From Isurus oxyrinchus (taxonomy: Eukaryota): a stretch of 64,000 nucleotides of DNA. The position numbers and the translations under genes are program-made. This document shows, piece by piece, positions 49,506-61,720 of this stretch (within the stretch, counting starts at the first letter, position 1; every line of letters starts with the position of its first letter). The DNA lies in NCBI GenBank assembly GCA_026770705.1, contig JANJGN010000029.1, positions 10,230,001 to 10,294,000 on the forward strand. The letters run 5' to 3'. Below the pieces are notes generated by a model, which was given only the letters and a program-made list of their open reading frames with translations, made no database searches and had not been told where the DNA came from.

Positions 49506-52037
49506 TGTTACAGTGCCAGCTGATGTTAGTATTGCACAAGTCAGATCCCAGCGTGAGACCTGCTTGATAGATCCTAACTTTGTTTTATTTTTAGAAACTG
49601 TGGAGGAAAGTTACTGAACAGGAGTCTGCTGATGAACTTTTAACACAAGAAATAAAATATTTATTGAACAAGAAAAATGAACAATATTACACTAGGCAAA
49701 AAGGTTGGAAAGATTTCAATACAAACACAAGAAGATGCTTCAAATTCACACTATTCCTTTACCCAGCAATATCTTTACAGACACATATAAATTTCAGGCA
49801 GATAAACAATTTGCAATATCTACCTTATACTCTAACATTCAGAGTAAGTATGAGGTACATGTGAATTAACAAGTGAACTGTGGTCAGACACACCACACTC
49901 CAAAATAAATGACAGATGTGACCAAAGCAGATTCCATAGATTTCTCAACAATCCACCCAGGCATATGTCACATTCTGAGCCAATAGGATTGATATGCATC
50001 AAATAGGATTGATATGCATCCATATTTATGTGATATAAATGACTCTTGCCTAGATTTCTCAACTTTAATACAGAAGAACATGGGATTTTTCTTACTCTTC
50101 TCCATATTTGCAATGGACATCACGTAAGCCTGATTGGCAACCAACTTCAAAATTATCTTTCCCGCTCATTTCTTCCATAACAGATGTCCTGTTTTCATCG
50201 CTTTGATCAACATCAGATGAATGAACTTGCACCAAAAGACTTTTTCTCCTTTCACTCAAGTCATTTTCTAGTTTATCCAAGATTTATGCTACATTCTTCT
50301 GAACACATTCATACTTTCCCTGTTGACATCTCAGGACTGGAACCTTCCTTTCCAATTCTTTCCCAAGTTTTGTTAATCTTTTCATTTAGCTCAGCAACTA
50401 CTTTAGTGATTTCAGCTGTTTTTGTTTCAGAGTCATTTGTGTAACCCTTATACAAGGTGAACAACTTCGCATGGGCATTCAGTTCATTTCAGAATCTTCC
50501 TTCCATAGTTACTGACTGTTCTTTAGACTTCCTTAATTCATTAGACCATCAATCTGTAAGATTTTCCCTGTCTGCTTTTAAATTCTGGATCCGCTCTTCA
50601 GTACCATACATCTTGTTCTTCTGGTTCTCCAAATCATATCGGAGTTCTAGAATCTCATTTCTCTTTTCACAAAGAAGTTCCAACAGTTCATCAGTCTTTG
50701 TTTTAAATTCTGCACTCAACCAACTGTTCTGGTTCACCAGCAATTCCTTCTCCTCTCAAGGCGTTTTTCACCATACTTCATAGAGACTTCTGCTGCTTGA
50801 AGTTCATGATGTTTCAACTGAAGATCTGCCTTTGTTGAATTTGGTTCTACAAGTTTATCCTTTAGATGTTTCAAGTGTTCAGTCAAGTGTTCCACTTCCC
50901 ATGGCTGATGCTCAATTGTTCTCATCAATTCTTGTTTTTCATTAGCAAACTCATCTTTCATGCATGAAACTTGGTTCTTTACACTGATCAGGTTTTCCTC
51001 CAATTGCTCGTTTTCGGCAATCAGTTTCTCGCATTTGGCCACAGTGATTTTTTTTTGGAGTTTGGTCATATCGGCATGATCAAGCACCAGCTGCTATTTT
51101 ACCGTCTCCATGAGCCAAATCATTCCCAGAATTAAGTCTACCCCTTCAATAGGTGATCTAGGAATAATTCCAACCGTAACAATTTCATTTACTTAGTCAC
51201 TTGATAAATTGACTTTACTCAAAGGAACAGGTTTATAAATGCCATGGATATCTCCTATTAACACCTCTTGCTTCATCAAACTATCTGGAACACAGATTAC
51301 ATTATCAGCCACCAGCAATGACTGATCTGCAATTACTTTTAGTATGTCCAGTTTTGCAATGGAAGCATACTATTTACATCACTTTTAGGTTCTAGCCTAC
51401 CTCCTCTATTATTTTGGCATCCTCCTGTCTGCTCCCTAGAACCTTTTCCATCGCCAGGTTTTCTATTCCTCCAATTTCCTTGCTGATTCCCATTTGACCA
51501 TTTCCCCACGTGTAACTGTCTGCGTGAGATATCATAGGTACCAGCCAAAGCTGCCGCTTCTTGGATCTTTGATACTTGATGCTGATCTAAATAAGTCTTA
51601 ATGGTTACTGGAATGCAATTCTGGAATTCTTCCATGATCATAATTTCCCTCACGTTCTCAAAAGTTTTCTCTAGCTTCAGCGATCGAAACCACTGATCTC
51701 ACAGCATTTCTTTTTCCCTCGCAAATTCTACAAATGTCTGATTAGGTTTTTTTCCTTGTGGTCCTAAGCTTTATTTGATAAGATTCAGGGACAAGCTCAT
51801 AAACTTGCTTCATCAAACTGTCTGGAATACAAATTACGTTATCAGCCACCAGATCATGACTGATCTGCCATAGTCTACAAATTGGTCTTCTGACAGACTA
51901 GTGTACACATTCATATCTGTACCTGACAGGACACTTTGTAACATTAAGGTCCAAGCATCTTTTGGCCACTTCAACTTCACAGCTGTCTTTTCAAATGAGG
52001 TGAAATACCTTTCAACTCCATCCTCTGTAAACTTTGG
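49506..52037 (-). mobile_element. Decayed Ty3/Gypsy-type LTR retroelement (gag, CCHC, partial protease, captured TPR segment, probable 3' LTR)
   Basis: PKFTEDGVERYFTSFEKTAVKLKWPKDAWTLMLQSVLSG; YELVPE; EEFQNCIP...EAAALA; CFHCKTGHTKSNC; PIEGVDLILG. LTR-like end ...TAACA at 49506 with a minus-strand AATAAA near 49660. Interrupts an older CR1 remnant. Confidence 0.8.
50340..51000 (-). pseudogene. TPR: Intronless, disabled fragment of the nucleoporin TPR N-terminal coiled coil, inside the Gypsy element
   Basis: EKQELMRTIE...NSTKADLQLKHHELQAAEVSMKYGEKRLE / [31 protein letters not shown] / KEQSVTMEGRF*NELNAHAKLFTLYK..DSETK parallels recalled vertebrate TPR ([42 protein letters not shown]...NELNAHIKLSNLYK). 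One frameshift near 50754; stops at 50549 and 50489. Confidence 0.85.
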
Positions 52038-53994
52038 TCAAGTCATGCTGCCTGATTTCTTTCTCTCTTTGAGGGGATAGGAGAGACTGAGTAGACCAGG
52101 CCTACTTCTATAATTTAGAACAATGTGAGATGATCTCATTGAAATCTATGAAACTCTTAAGGGGCTTGACAGATTAGATGCTAGGAAGACATTTCCCCTG
52201 GCTGGGGAGTAAAAGTCTCAGCATCACTGTCACAGAACAAGGGTTGACCATTTAGGACAGAAATCAGGAGAAATTTCTTCTCTCAAAGGCTTGTGAATCT
52301 TTGGAATTCTCTACCCCAGATAGCTTTGGATGTTCAGCCATTGAATATTCAAGACAAGGATCAATAAATAACTAAGGGAAGTAATGGATTTGGGGATGGT
52401 GCTGGAAGTGATGTTGAGGTAGAGGATCAGTCATGATTTTGTTGAAAGGCGGTGTGGGCTTGAAGGGCCCAATGACCTACTCCTGCTCCCATTTCTTGTG
52501 TTCTTATATTCAGCCCTACAAGATCTCTGCGCACCTCCAATTCTGGCCTCTTGGATATCCTGATTTTCTTACCCTTCTGTCGCTCCTTATGCTGCTTCAG
52601 CCCTGAACTCAGGAATTTCTTCCTTTAGCTGCTCTGCGTCTGGACCTCTGTTCCTTTCAGAACCCCTTAGAGGTCTTGGCTAGGTCTTTGGTCATTTGCC
52701 CTAATATCTTCTTATGTGACTGAGTGTTAAATTTTAATTTGATAATGTCCTTTAAATGCCTTGGGACATTTTGCTATGTTAGAGTCACCGTACAAATGCA
52801 AGTTGCTGTTGTGTAAGAATGACTTGGTTGTATGTATGAGCGACTTGGGAATGTGTTGTGTGAGAGTGGTTTGGTGTATGGGGAGTGGTTATTTGGAAGT
52901 GGCTGTTCATATGAGTGACCGAGCTGGGTAATTAGAGGGGAGTGTTTGAAGTGCTTTTAAATTGGTTAAGCTGACAGAGACTGTACATTCTGAGCCATGA
53001 AGACGCCAGGCTTGGACCTCAATCTGTGCAGAATTGGCTAAAGTCACCTGGGCTGCTGTAGAATTGATCTCAGCACCTCCAGGCTCACCAGAGGACACTC
53101 AACCAGCATTTGATCCCCTCACTACTATCTTTTGTGTATGTGGATTCGGGGTAAGGATAGAGTCCAACTTGCCAGTTAAACAGCCTCCCTTAAAACTGTC
53201 TATGCTCACATAATGAGAAGCGGCATTCTACTTGCAAATGTGCCACTGTGTTGATCAGATTAAATCAGTACCTTAAGAAGAGGAAGCTTTGGTGTTCACA
53301 GAAAATCATCCATAGAACCATAGAAAAGTTACGGCACAAACAGCAGCCCTTTGCAGACATCTTTTCTTCTGCAGCCACTCTGCATTAGAGAAGGTGATGG
53401 CATAGTGGTGTTGTCACTGGCCTTATACTCTAGTAAACATAGGGGAGTAGGTTCAAATCCCACCAAGGCAGATGGTGAAATTTATAATCCAATGAAAATC
53501 TGCAATTAAAGGTTGAATGATGTTAAAAACCCATCTAGTTCACAAATATCAATTAGGGAAGGAAATCTGCTGTCCTTAACTGGTCTGGCCTACATGTGAC
53601 TCCAGGCCCACAGCAATTGACTGTCAAAATGTTCTCTGAACAAGGGCAACTAAGGATGGGCAATAAATGCTGGCCTAGCCAGTTCTGCCCACAAACAGAT
53701 AAAAAAGTAGCTGCACTATATGCCAGCCAATCATATTTTCAGCCTTATGTTGTTAATCTAAACTCCTCTTTCCATATTACTGCTTTTGAACAATTGTTCA
53801 TTATGGAGGCCAGGGGATTTGGCACTGAGTAAATACACAAGTCAGGTTCTTCAGTTCTGGCTGCCCTTTACTTGCCATTCAGTGTATCTGTGCGATCCTG
53901 TTACAGCAAGCCTGGGTGATTGTGAGTTGAATCCCATTTACAAGATGACAAGATCATAAGATCGTAAGAAATAGGAGCAGGAGTAGGCCCCTTC

Positions 53995-54600
53995 AACATT
54001 GCAGCACACCCATACTGTCTGTCCAACAGTGCAGCACTCCCTTAGTACTGCCCCTTTGACAGTACAGCACTCCCTCAGCACTGTCTCTGCAACAGTACAG
54101 CACTCCCTCAGCACTGTCTCTTCAACAGTGCAGCACTCCCTCAATACTGTCACTTCAAAAGTGCAGCACGCTCTTAGTACTACCCTTTTGACCGTGCAGT
54201 GCTCCCTCAGTACTGCCCCTTCAACAGCGCAGCACCCCCTTAGTATTGCCCCTTTGACAGTACAGCACTCCCTCAATACTGTCTCTGCAACAGTGCAGCA
54301 CTCCCTTAGTACTGCCCCTTCAACAGTGCAGCACTCCCATACTGTCCCTCCAACAGTGCAGCACTCCCATACTGTCTCCCTAACAGTGCAGCACTCCCAT
54401 GCTGTCTCTCCAACAGTGTAGCACTCCATTAGCTCTGCCTCTTTAACAACGCAGTGCTCTTTCAGTACTGCCCATCTGACAGTGCAACACTCCCTCAGTA
54501 CCACTGTCCGACAGTGCAGTGTTCTCTTGGTACTGCTCTTCTGACAGTGCAGTGCTCCTTGAGTATTGCCCTCCGACAGTGCAACACAGCCTCAGTACTG
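53995..54600. repeat. ~27-30-bp minisatellite derived from a SINE internal segment
   Basis: Unit acagtgcagcactccctcagtactgcccctt; its reverse complement matches the agtactgagggagtgctgcactgt segment of the local DeuSINE copies. Confidence 0.85.
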
Positions 54601-55633
54601 GCGTCTGAACCCAGCAACCGGGAAGAGTGCTAAGGAGTGACTGCCAGCACCCCTTTCAGAACCTGCTGTCCAGGCCATTCTATTTTCCCAGCTAAGGAGG
54701 GAGGTGCAAATAATTGGGAATAATTTAATCGCTCGGATGGGTTAGCAATGGTAGAGGAAAGATAAATAAAAGCATCACAGGGCATCTGAAATTTTTAAAT
54801 TAAACCTGAAATCATTTCAATCTAATCATTCTTCTGTTCAGTTACCTGATCTTATTGTTGCCTCACTTCTAAATTACCCTGTGTGCACAGGGAGCACCCT
54901 ATTTAAATATGGGTTTGTGAAATTGAATTTGACCTGAAACTGACAAGCAGGCCATCAGGGCTGGGTGAACAGGAACTCTGACATCTGCACAGTGACTAAC
55001 TCAGATAACAGGAGCTTTGCACAGTTACACAGTGACCAATCCTTGTCCTGCTGAAAAGACAGGAACTGTACCCTTACCCCGCTGTTTAACCGGAAGCTTT
55101 GTCCAGTTGCACAGCGTGCAACCTTTACCCTTCTGGATAGTTAACAACAAGTTGAATTTATATAGCACCTGGTTTATTGATCACACATAACTATGTACAA
55201 ATATACAGGGTATAGCCCAAGCTATGAGCTAACTCCATGCTTGCTTCTACACAGGTCTCTGCCCAGTCCACAACTGACGCTAACCCATAGTCAACTCTAC
55301 CAAGATGCAAAGAGATGTAATCAGTTGAAAATGGATGCCGAGTCAAAGCAAGAGCTTGGAATGGGTTTGCGAGGTGTTGAGGCAGGGGTGCGGGTTGTGG
55401 ATGTCATTGGAGGTGGGGGAAATTTTGTGGGGAATCTTAAAGGAGGAGAGGTGTTTCAGGTTAGGGGGAGGGGAGACGTTCCAGAGTGTGGAGATGACAA
55501 AGACACTGTTGCTGAACAAGAGTGGGTCATTTATCTCCTTAAGCTGAGGCCCAGAATGGATCCCTGCAGAACATCGTTCGTCATATCCTGCCAATTAAGA
55601 ACCTGTCCGGAATACCCACTGTTATATCTTCTG

Positions 55634-55880
55634 TGTAGCATAACAGATGGGATATGCTAATGTATGACATGGGTGATGATGTGCTACTGCCGTCAGTCAG
55701 TCATGTGTTAGACTCGAGAGAGTTGCAGCCTTGCCTAGGAGCTACGTGCCTACTCTGTAACCTGTTTGGATGTAATACTCATAAACAAGTGTTAAGCAGA
55801 TAACAGAATATTATCTACAGTCTTTTTACTAGCCAAGCCCCATAACTAGAGTCCAAGATAGAAGAACTCATCTCAGAACA
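55634..55880 (+). mobile_element. Solo LTR with 5-bp target-site duplication
   Basis: TGTAGC...AGAACA flanked by TTCTG on both sides (55629-55633 and 55881-55885). Confidence 0.75.
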
Positions 55881-56260
55881 TTCTGCTTCCCATAGGTTGG
55901 AAAATGATCACATTTTTAGACTCAAAGTGCCAGAGCTTCATTGAGTGTGTTTCTTGCTGCTCTCCATGTGATTGGTGAACTGTTGCTCGGTACCTGACTG
56001 CAGTGCAGCGGTAAATGTGGCACCCTGGGTGTACATTCGCATAACAATTAGTTCCTAACTCTTTACGAATAATATAACAATTTCACACCCCACTCTCTGT
56101 TTCCTGCCATTCAACCAATGGTTAGTTAATAGATAGATCATAGATAGGTCAGTAATTTACTGTCAATTCCATAAGCTTCAGCTTTACCTAACAGCTTCTT
56201 ATGAGGGACTTAATTAAATCTCTTCTGGAAGTCCACATAACTAACATCTGTAGACATTCC

Positions 56261-56536
56261 TGCAGTATAAGGGTATCTGACGTAGCAAAGGTTAATGTGA
56301 GACTGGGAAACAGTACCGCCCACAGTGTGGTGTAAAGGCACACATGACCTGAGACTAGAGTCAGTTGTGGCCTGGACAGAGACCCATGTAGAAGCAAGCG
56401 TGGAGTTAGCTCATAGCTTGGGTTTACACCCTATATACAGGGACATAGTCATGTTGTTGTAAATAAACAGTTAATGTTAAACCATGCAAGGTTCAGAACT
56501 GCTTCGTGAGACCTACTGAACATACAACATATGACA
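56261..56536 (+). mobile_element. Solo LTR with 5-bp target-site duplication
   Basis: TG...TGACA flanked by ATTCC (56256-56260 and 56537-56541); internal AATAAA; inverted partial relative at 55170-55290. Confidence 0.7.
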
Positions 56537-57148
56537 ATTCCCCTGTCCACTACCTTAGTCACCTCTTCAAAAGATTTAATCAGGTTCACCAGACATGACC
56601 TACCCTTTACAAATCCACACTGGCTCCCTTTGATTAGCTGAACATTTTAAAAATATTCAGTCACCTTATCCTTAATTATAATCTCTGAAAATGTTGAGAA
56701 AAGGCAGGGGGATTGCAAAAGACCAGTATTAGGAGATTTCATATTTCTATGTGTGCAACTGATGTTGTAGAGCTGGAGGGGTTTACAGGGATTAGGTTTT
56801 GCCAGGATCCTCCAGGATCAGCCTGGAGTCTCCAGGAATTGAAGATCAATCTCCAGGACACTGCTGTGTGCAAACCATGGAGACAAATCATTGGGACATG
56901 TAAAAAGATTGTTTTTTTTTGGTCATTTTCTTTGAACATTTCCCTTTACCAGATCTAAAAATATTGAAAATTGGGAGCAAAAAAAATGCTGTTTGGCTGA
57001 CGGTCAAACATCATCCAATTGGGTAATGAGCCTTTTTGCTTTCCAGTTGCTGTAGGAAGACAGGGCGTCACAAGGATGGATGTGTTGGCCGACTAATGAC
57101 TGGAGCGTGGGGGTAAACCATGTGATGAAACCTCCAGGAATACATTTA

Positions 57149-58054
57149 GGGCAGAATTTTTAGGTTGGTGTGTGTGTGTGCGTGCACGCCCAACCCGACT
57201 GGATGTGAAATCGCCTGAGATGACCTCGGGTGAACATTCCTACATCACCTGGTGCTCCGCGATATTTCGGAATGTGGGCGTGCGCAAGTGTCGGAAGAGG
57301 GCTCGCCGACAATTAAGAAGAGAATTAAACTTGTTAAAGTACCAAAGTTAAGATTAGATAGTATTACCACCGTCAACACCCCTTTGTCCTTTTGCCTCCA
57401 CCTATTAATGGCCCTCTATCCAGCTTGACCTGTCCCACCAGCTTATATTTCACCCCATTTCTCTATTTTCTTAGTCCTCTTGAAGGGTCATACGGACTTG
57501 AAAGGTCAACTGTGTCCCTCTCCGCAGATGCTGTCAGACTTGCTGAGTTTTTCCAGGTGTTTTTGTTTTTGTTCTAGATTTCCAGCATCCACGGTATTTT
57601 GCTTTTATGTTAAAGTTTCAATTGTCCCCGATTTCCTGTGGTCCGTCCAACCGTACGGTTGGCGGATAGGTGAACCTCCCAGGTGGACTTTGCATTTTTG
57701 ATGTAACCTCATCCAAGGGTGGGACGAGGTCTCTGTTATTAAAACTAAAAAAAAGAAATGTGCGGACAGAATTTTCATCCTGTACATGCTCTGACGCGTG
57801 GACATTTTTTTCCTGGATTTTAAAATCTTTATTTGATTGTTTTGAAGTCTTCAGCTCCCTGGGGCAGCTCTCTGCCTTCAGGGAGCTTTCATTCAGCGCT
57901 CGCCCGCACCTGAGTTTATGTCAGCACCTGACCTCCTCTCCCCACCCCGACCCTGGAAGCGCTGAGCATTCCAGCGCACGTTTCACACTGGCTGGCCATT
58001 GGCCACTCCCAGGCCCGCCGATCGGGCCCCCCCACCAACCTTAAAATCCCTGCA
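57149..58054. mobile_element. Non-autonomous DNA transposon (PIF/Harbinger-like) nested in the hAT MITE
   Basis: Imperfect TIRs gggcagaatttttaggttgg and ccaaccttaaaatccctgcac with TTA on both sides; contains a Penelope tail fragment at 57350-57607. Confidence 0.55.
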
Positions 58055-58838
58055 CTTAATCACAGTTGGCAGCCCTGTCAGGGTCACAGAGGTGAGAAGC
58101 CACGGAGGGTCCTAAACAGAAGGATGAGAAAGTTCAATTGGAGGCACAGGGGGACGTGAATCCATTGATGGGTGCGTCAGATAGAGTAGAGGCAGCTGAG
58201 ATTTGGACGAGTTGGTTTACAGTTGCACTGGGGGTGGGAGTTTGGCCAGGAACACGTCGAGATACTCAAGGCCGAAGGTGACAAATGCATCGGTGGGAGG
58301 TGGTTTCAGCAGCAGGTAGGCTGAGGCAAGGGTAGTGGCGGGCATTGTTACAGGGGTGGTATGCAAGCTATAACTGGATAGGTACGAGTGGAACCCAAGT
58401 GAGCCCAATCCCTCTCTACTGGACAATGGAGGGGAGTCATTGGGGGAATATGATGGGGGCATTCTGTGTTGCAGAGAGGTTAAGGAAGGGTAATGCAGTG
58501 CGGTGACTGTCACATCTCACTGACTCCAATGCAAGCCAGTCCTAAGTTTGATTGTTCTTAAGGTTGTTTGGTGTCTTACGGGGAGGTTTGGAGGCCTGTA
58601 TACTTAAACGTAAGCCATTTACTAGTGACCCATAACTATACACATATCCAAGGTACTGCCTTCCATGTGTGCTGCCTCCATGCTGGCTCCTTCCAGACTC
58701 TACCACACACCCCAGTCTATTGTCACGTGACCCTCTGCATCAGACAGTGGGTGGCACTGTTCTCCAGTCTGACATTAGCCCTTGCTCTGCAAGTCCCTTA
58801 ATACATTAACCCCCCCCTTATACGACAGATATTAGTGT

Positions 58839-59229
58839 TAGGGTTGCCAACTGTGATTAAATGTATTCCTGGAGGTTTCATCACATGACTTGCCCCCACG
58901 CTCCAGCCATTAGTCGGCCAACACATCCATCCTTGTGACTCACTGTCTTCCTACACCAATGGGAAAGCAAAAAGGCTCATTACCCAATTAGATGATGTTT
59001 GACTGTCAGCCAAACGGCCTTTTTTCTCCCCCCCGCGTTCCCACCCCCCCCATTTTCAGTATTTTTTTTTCTGGTCCAGAGCATTGTTCAAAGAAAATGA
59101 CATATAAAAACCCATATTTTTTATACTGCCCCGATGATTTGTCTCCAGGGTTGCACACAACAGTGTCCTGGGGATTGATCTTCAATCCCTGGGGACTCCA
59201 GGCCAATCCTTGGAGGGTTGGCAACACTA
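58839..59229. mobile_element. ~390-bp hAT-like MITE
   Basis: TIRs TAGGGTTGCCAAC and GTTGGCAACACTA; an inverted copy at 56793-58077 is split by a nested insertion. Confidence 0.75.
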
Positions 59230-60204
59230 ATCCCTGTAAACCCCTCCAGCCGTACAACCCCAATACACACACAGAAATCTACAACCTTCTAATGGGTGGG
59301 GATTCACTGGTATCTAGGCCCATTTGCTTCAGTCCCTGAGACAGCGATTTATAACTTGTGGGTTTATGGCCTATATCCAATGCCTTCTTATGTATTCTGT
59401 GTTTCACACGGTTTAAGTAAACTATTTTAACATATCATCTGAAAGGAAGGGACTCTGACAATGTAGCACACTGCTCTATACTCTGGGCCTACAGCAGGAC
59501 TTAAACCTTTGGATTCAGAAACCAAGGTGCCACACATGAGCCATGCTGATCCCCCGGTTCAATCCAATTTCGATTTGAGGCTCGGTGAATTTCCCAGGTT
59601 TGAGCAGCATCGTCGAGTTTCCACAATAGGTTATTTGGAACGAAGTAGATCAACAGGCTGGAGCCTCAGTGAGAAACACAGGCACCCTGCGGGAAGTGGT
59701 GAGGTACAGGCTGGGACGCGGAGGCTGCTCTCCTCTCCAGGGAGATGGGAGTTGCCACGTCAACACAGCTAGAAAATAGGTCACATCTGACTGAAGGAGC
59801 TGCCTCTCTCTCAGGGGTTGCTGACTTCTGCTGAACTGATATCAAGTGGGCTTCATAATCTCAGTGCTGCCCATTAGAGATAAGGGAACAAATTGCTGTT
59901 TTCGCACGTCTGTCTCGCTGCCAGAGTTATAGCACTGGATAGGAGTTGGCAGTTTACTCATCTCTGGTTATGGAGGGAGACGGGAACAAGGATTATGGGG
60001 GGAGAAGAGAATAAGGTCATGGAGGGAGATGGAGTAAAAGTTATGGAGGGAGTATGGAAGGAGACGGGAGTGAATGGTTCTGGAGGGAGACGGGAGTGAA
60101 AAGTTACAGAGGGAGACGAGAGTGAAGGGCCCTGCTTCCTGTCACTGAACCAATTACATTTCCATGAACTTACATCTTATCCTGCTCCTAATATGTCCCT
60201 TTAT

Positions 60205-61720
60205 TGTTTGTTCATGGGATGTGGGCATCGCTGGCTGGGCCAGCATTTATTGCCCATCCCTAATTGCCCTTGAGAAGTTGGTGGTGAGCTGCCTTCTTGA
60301 ACCGCTGCAGTCCAGGTGGTGTAGGTACACCCACAGTGCTGTTAGGGAGGGAGTTCCAGGATTTTGACCCAGCGACAGTGAAGGAACAGCCGATATATTT
60401 CCATGTCAGGATGGTGAGTGACTTGGAAGGGAGCTTGCAGGTGGTGGTGTTCCCATGTATCTGCTGCCCTTGTCCTTCTAGATGGTAGCAATCGTGGGTT
60501 TGCAAGGTGCTGTCTAAGGAGGCTTGGTAATTTGCTGCAGTGCATCTTGTAGATGGTACACACTGCTGCTATTGTGCGTTGGTAGTAGAGGGAGTGAATG
60601 TTTAATGTGATGGATAGGGTGTCAATCAAGTGGACTGCTTTGTTCTGGATGGTGTCAAATCTCTTGAGTGTTGTTGGAGCTGCATTCATCCAGACAAGTG
60701 GAGAGTGTTTCATCACACTCCTGACTTGTGACTTGTAGGTGGTGGATAGGCTTTAGGGAGTCAGGAGCTGAGTTACTTCCCGCAGGATTCCCGGCCTTGT
60801 ATATTCATATCAAGAGTCGAGTCAAAGATTATCGGGGGGAGGTGGGAATGTGGATTTGAGACCACAATCAGATTAGCCATGATCTTATTTTAAAATTAAT
60901 TTTAGAGGATGTGTGGTGTTGTTCCTATGTATCTGCTGCCCTTGTCCTTCTAGATGGTAGTGATTATGGGTTTGCAAGGTGCTGTCTAAGGAGGCTTGGT
61001 AATTTGCTGCAGTCCATCTTGTAGATGGTACACACTGCTGCTATTGTGTGCTGGTAGTGGAGGGAGTGAATGTTTAAGGTGGTGAATGCTGTGGCAATCA
61101 AACAGGCTGATTTGTCCTGGATAGGGTCAAGCTTCTTGAGTTGGAGCTGCACTCATCCAGGCAAGTGGAGAAGATTCCATCATACTCCTAACTTGTGACT
61201 TGTAGCTGGTGGACAGGCTTTGGGGAGTTACAAGATGAGTTACTCACAGCCGGATTCCCAGCCTCTAGTCTGCTGTTATAGGCAGGCACAGAACTTATAT
61301 GGCTATTCCAGTTCAGTTTCTGGTCAATGGTAACCCCCAGAATGTTGATAGTGGGTGATTCAATGATGGTGATGCCATTGAATGTCAAGGAATGATGGTT
61401 AGATTCTTTCTTGTTGGAGATGGCCATTGCCTGAACTTGTGTGGCATGAATGTTACTTGCCTCTTGTCAGTCCAAGCCTGGATATTGTTCAGTTCTTGCT
61501 GCATTTCGATACAGACTGCTTCAGTATCTGAGGAGTTGCGAACATCCCCACTTCTGACCTTATGATGGAAGGTTACTGATGAAGTAGCTGAAGATGGTGG
61601 TGTCCTCGGCTCAACCATTTTCAGCTGCTTCATCAATGACTTTCCTCCCATCATAAGGTCAGAAGTGGGGATGTTCACTGATGATTGCACAATGTTCAAC
61701 ACCATTTGCAACATTCACGG
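60205..61720 (-). mobile_element. Two partially redundant fragments of the second LINE family with a terminal fold-back
   Basis: 60455-60800 repeated at 60925-61260; hairpin at 61541-61676. Confidence 0.8.

Noticed and set aside
50340-51087. Functional TPR gene exon
   Set aside because: Intronless over a multi-exon region, contains a frameshift and stops, lacks the rest of TPR, and sits in a retroelement.
53938-54504. Cys-rich 188-aa ORF resembling a keratin-associated or metallothionein-like protein; array superficially CRISPR-like
   Set aside because: SINE-derived tandem repeat with no unique spacers and no cas genes, in a eukaryotic context.
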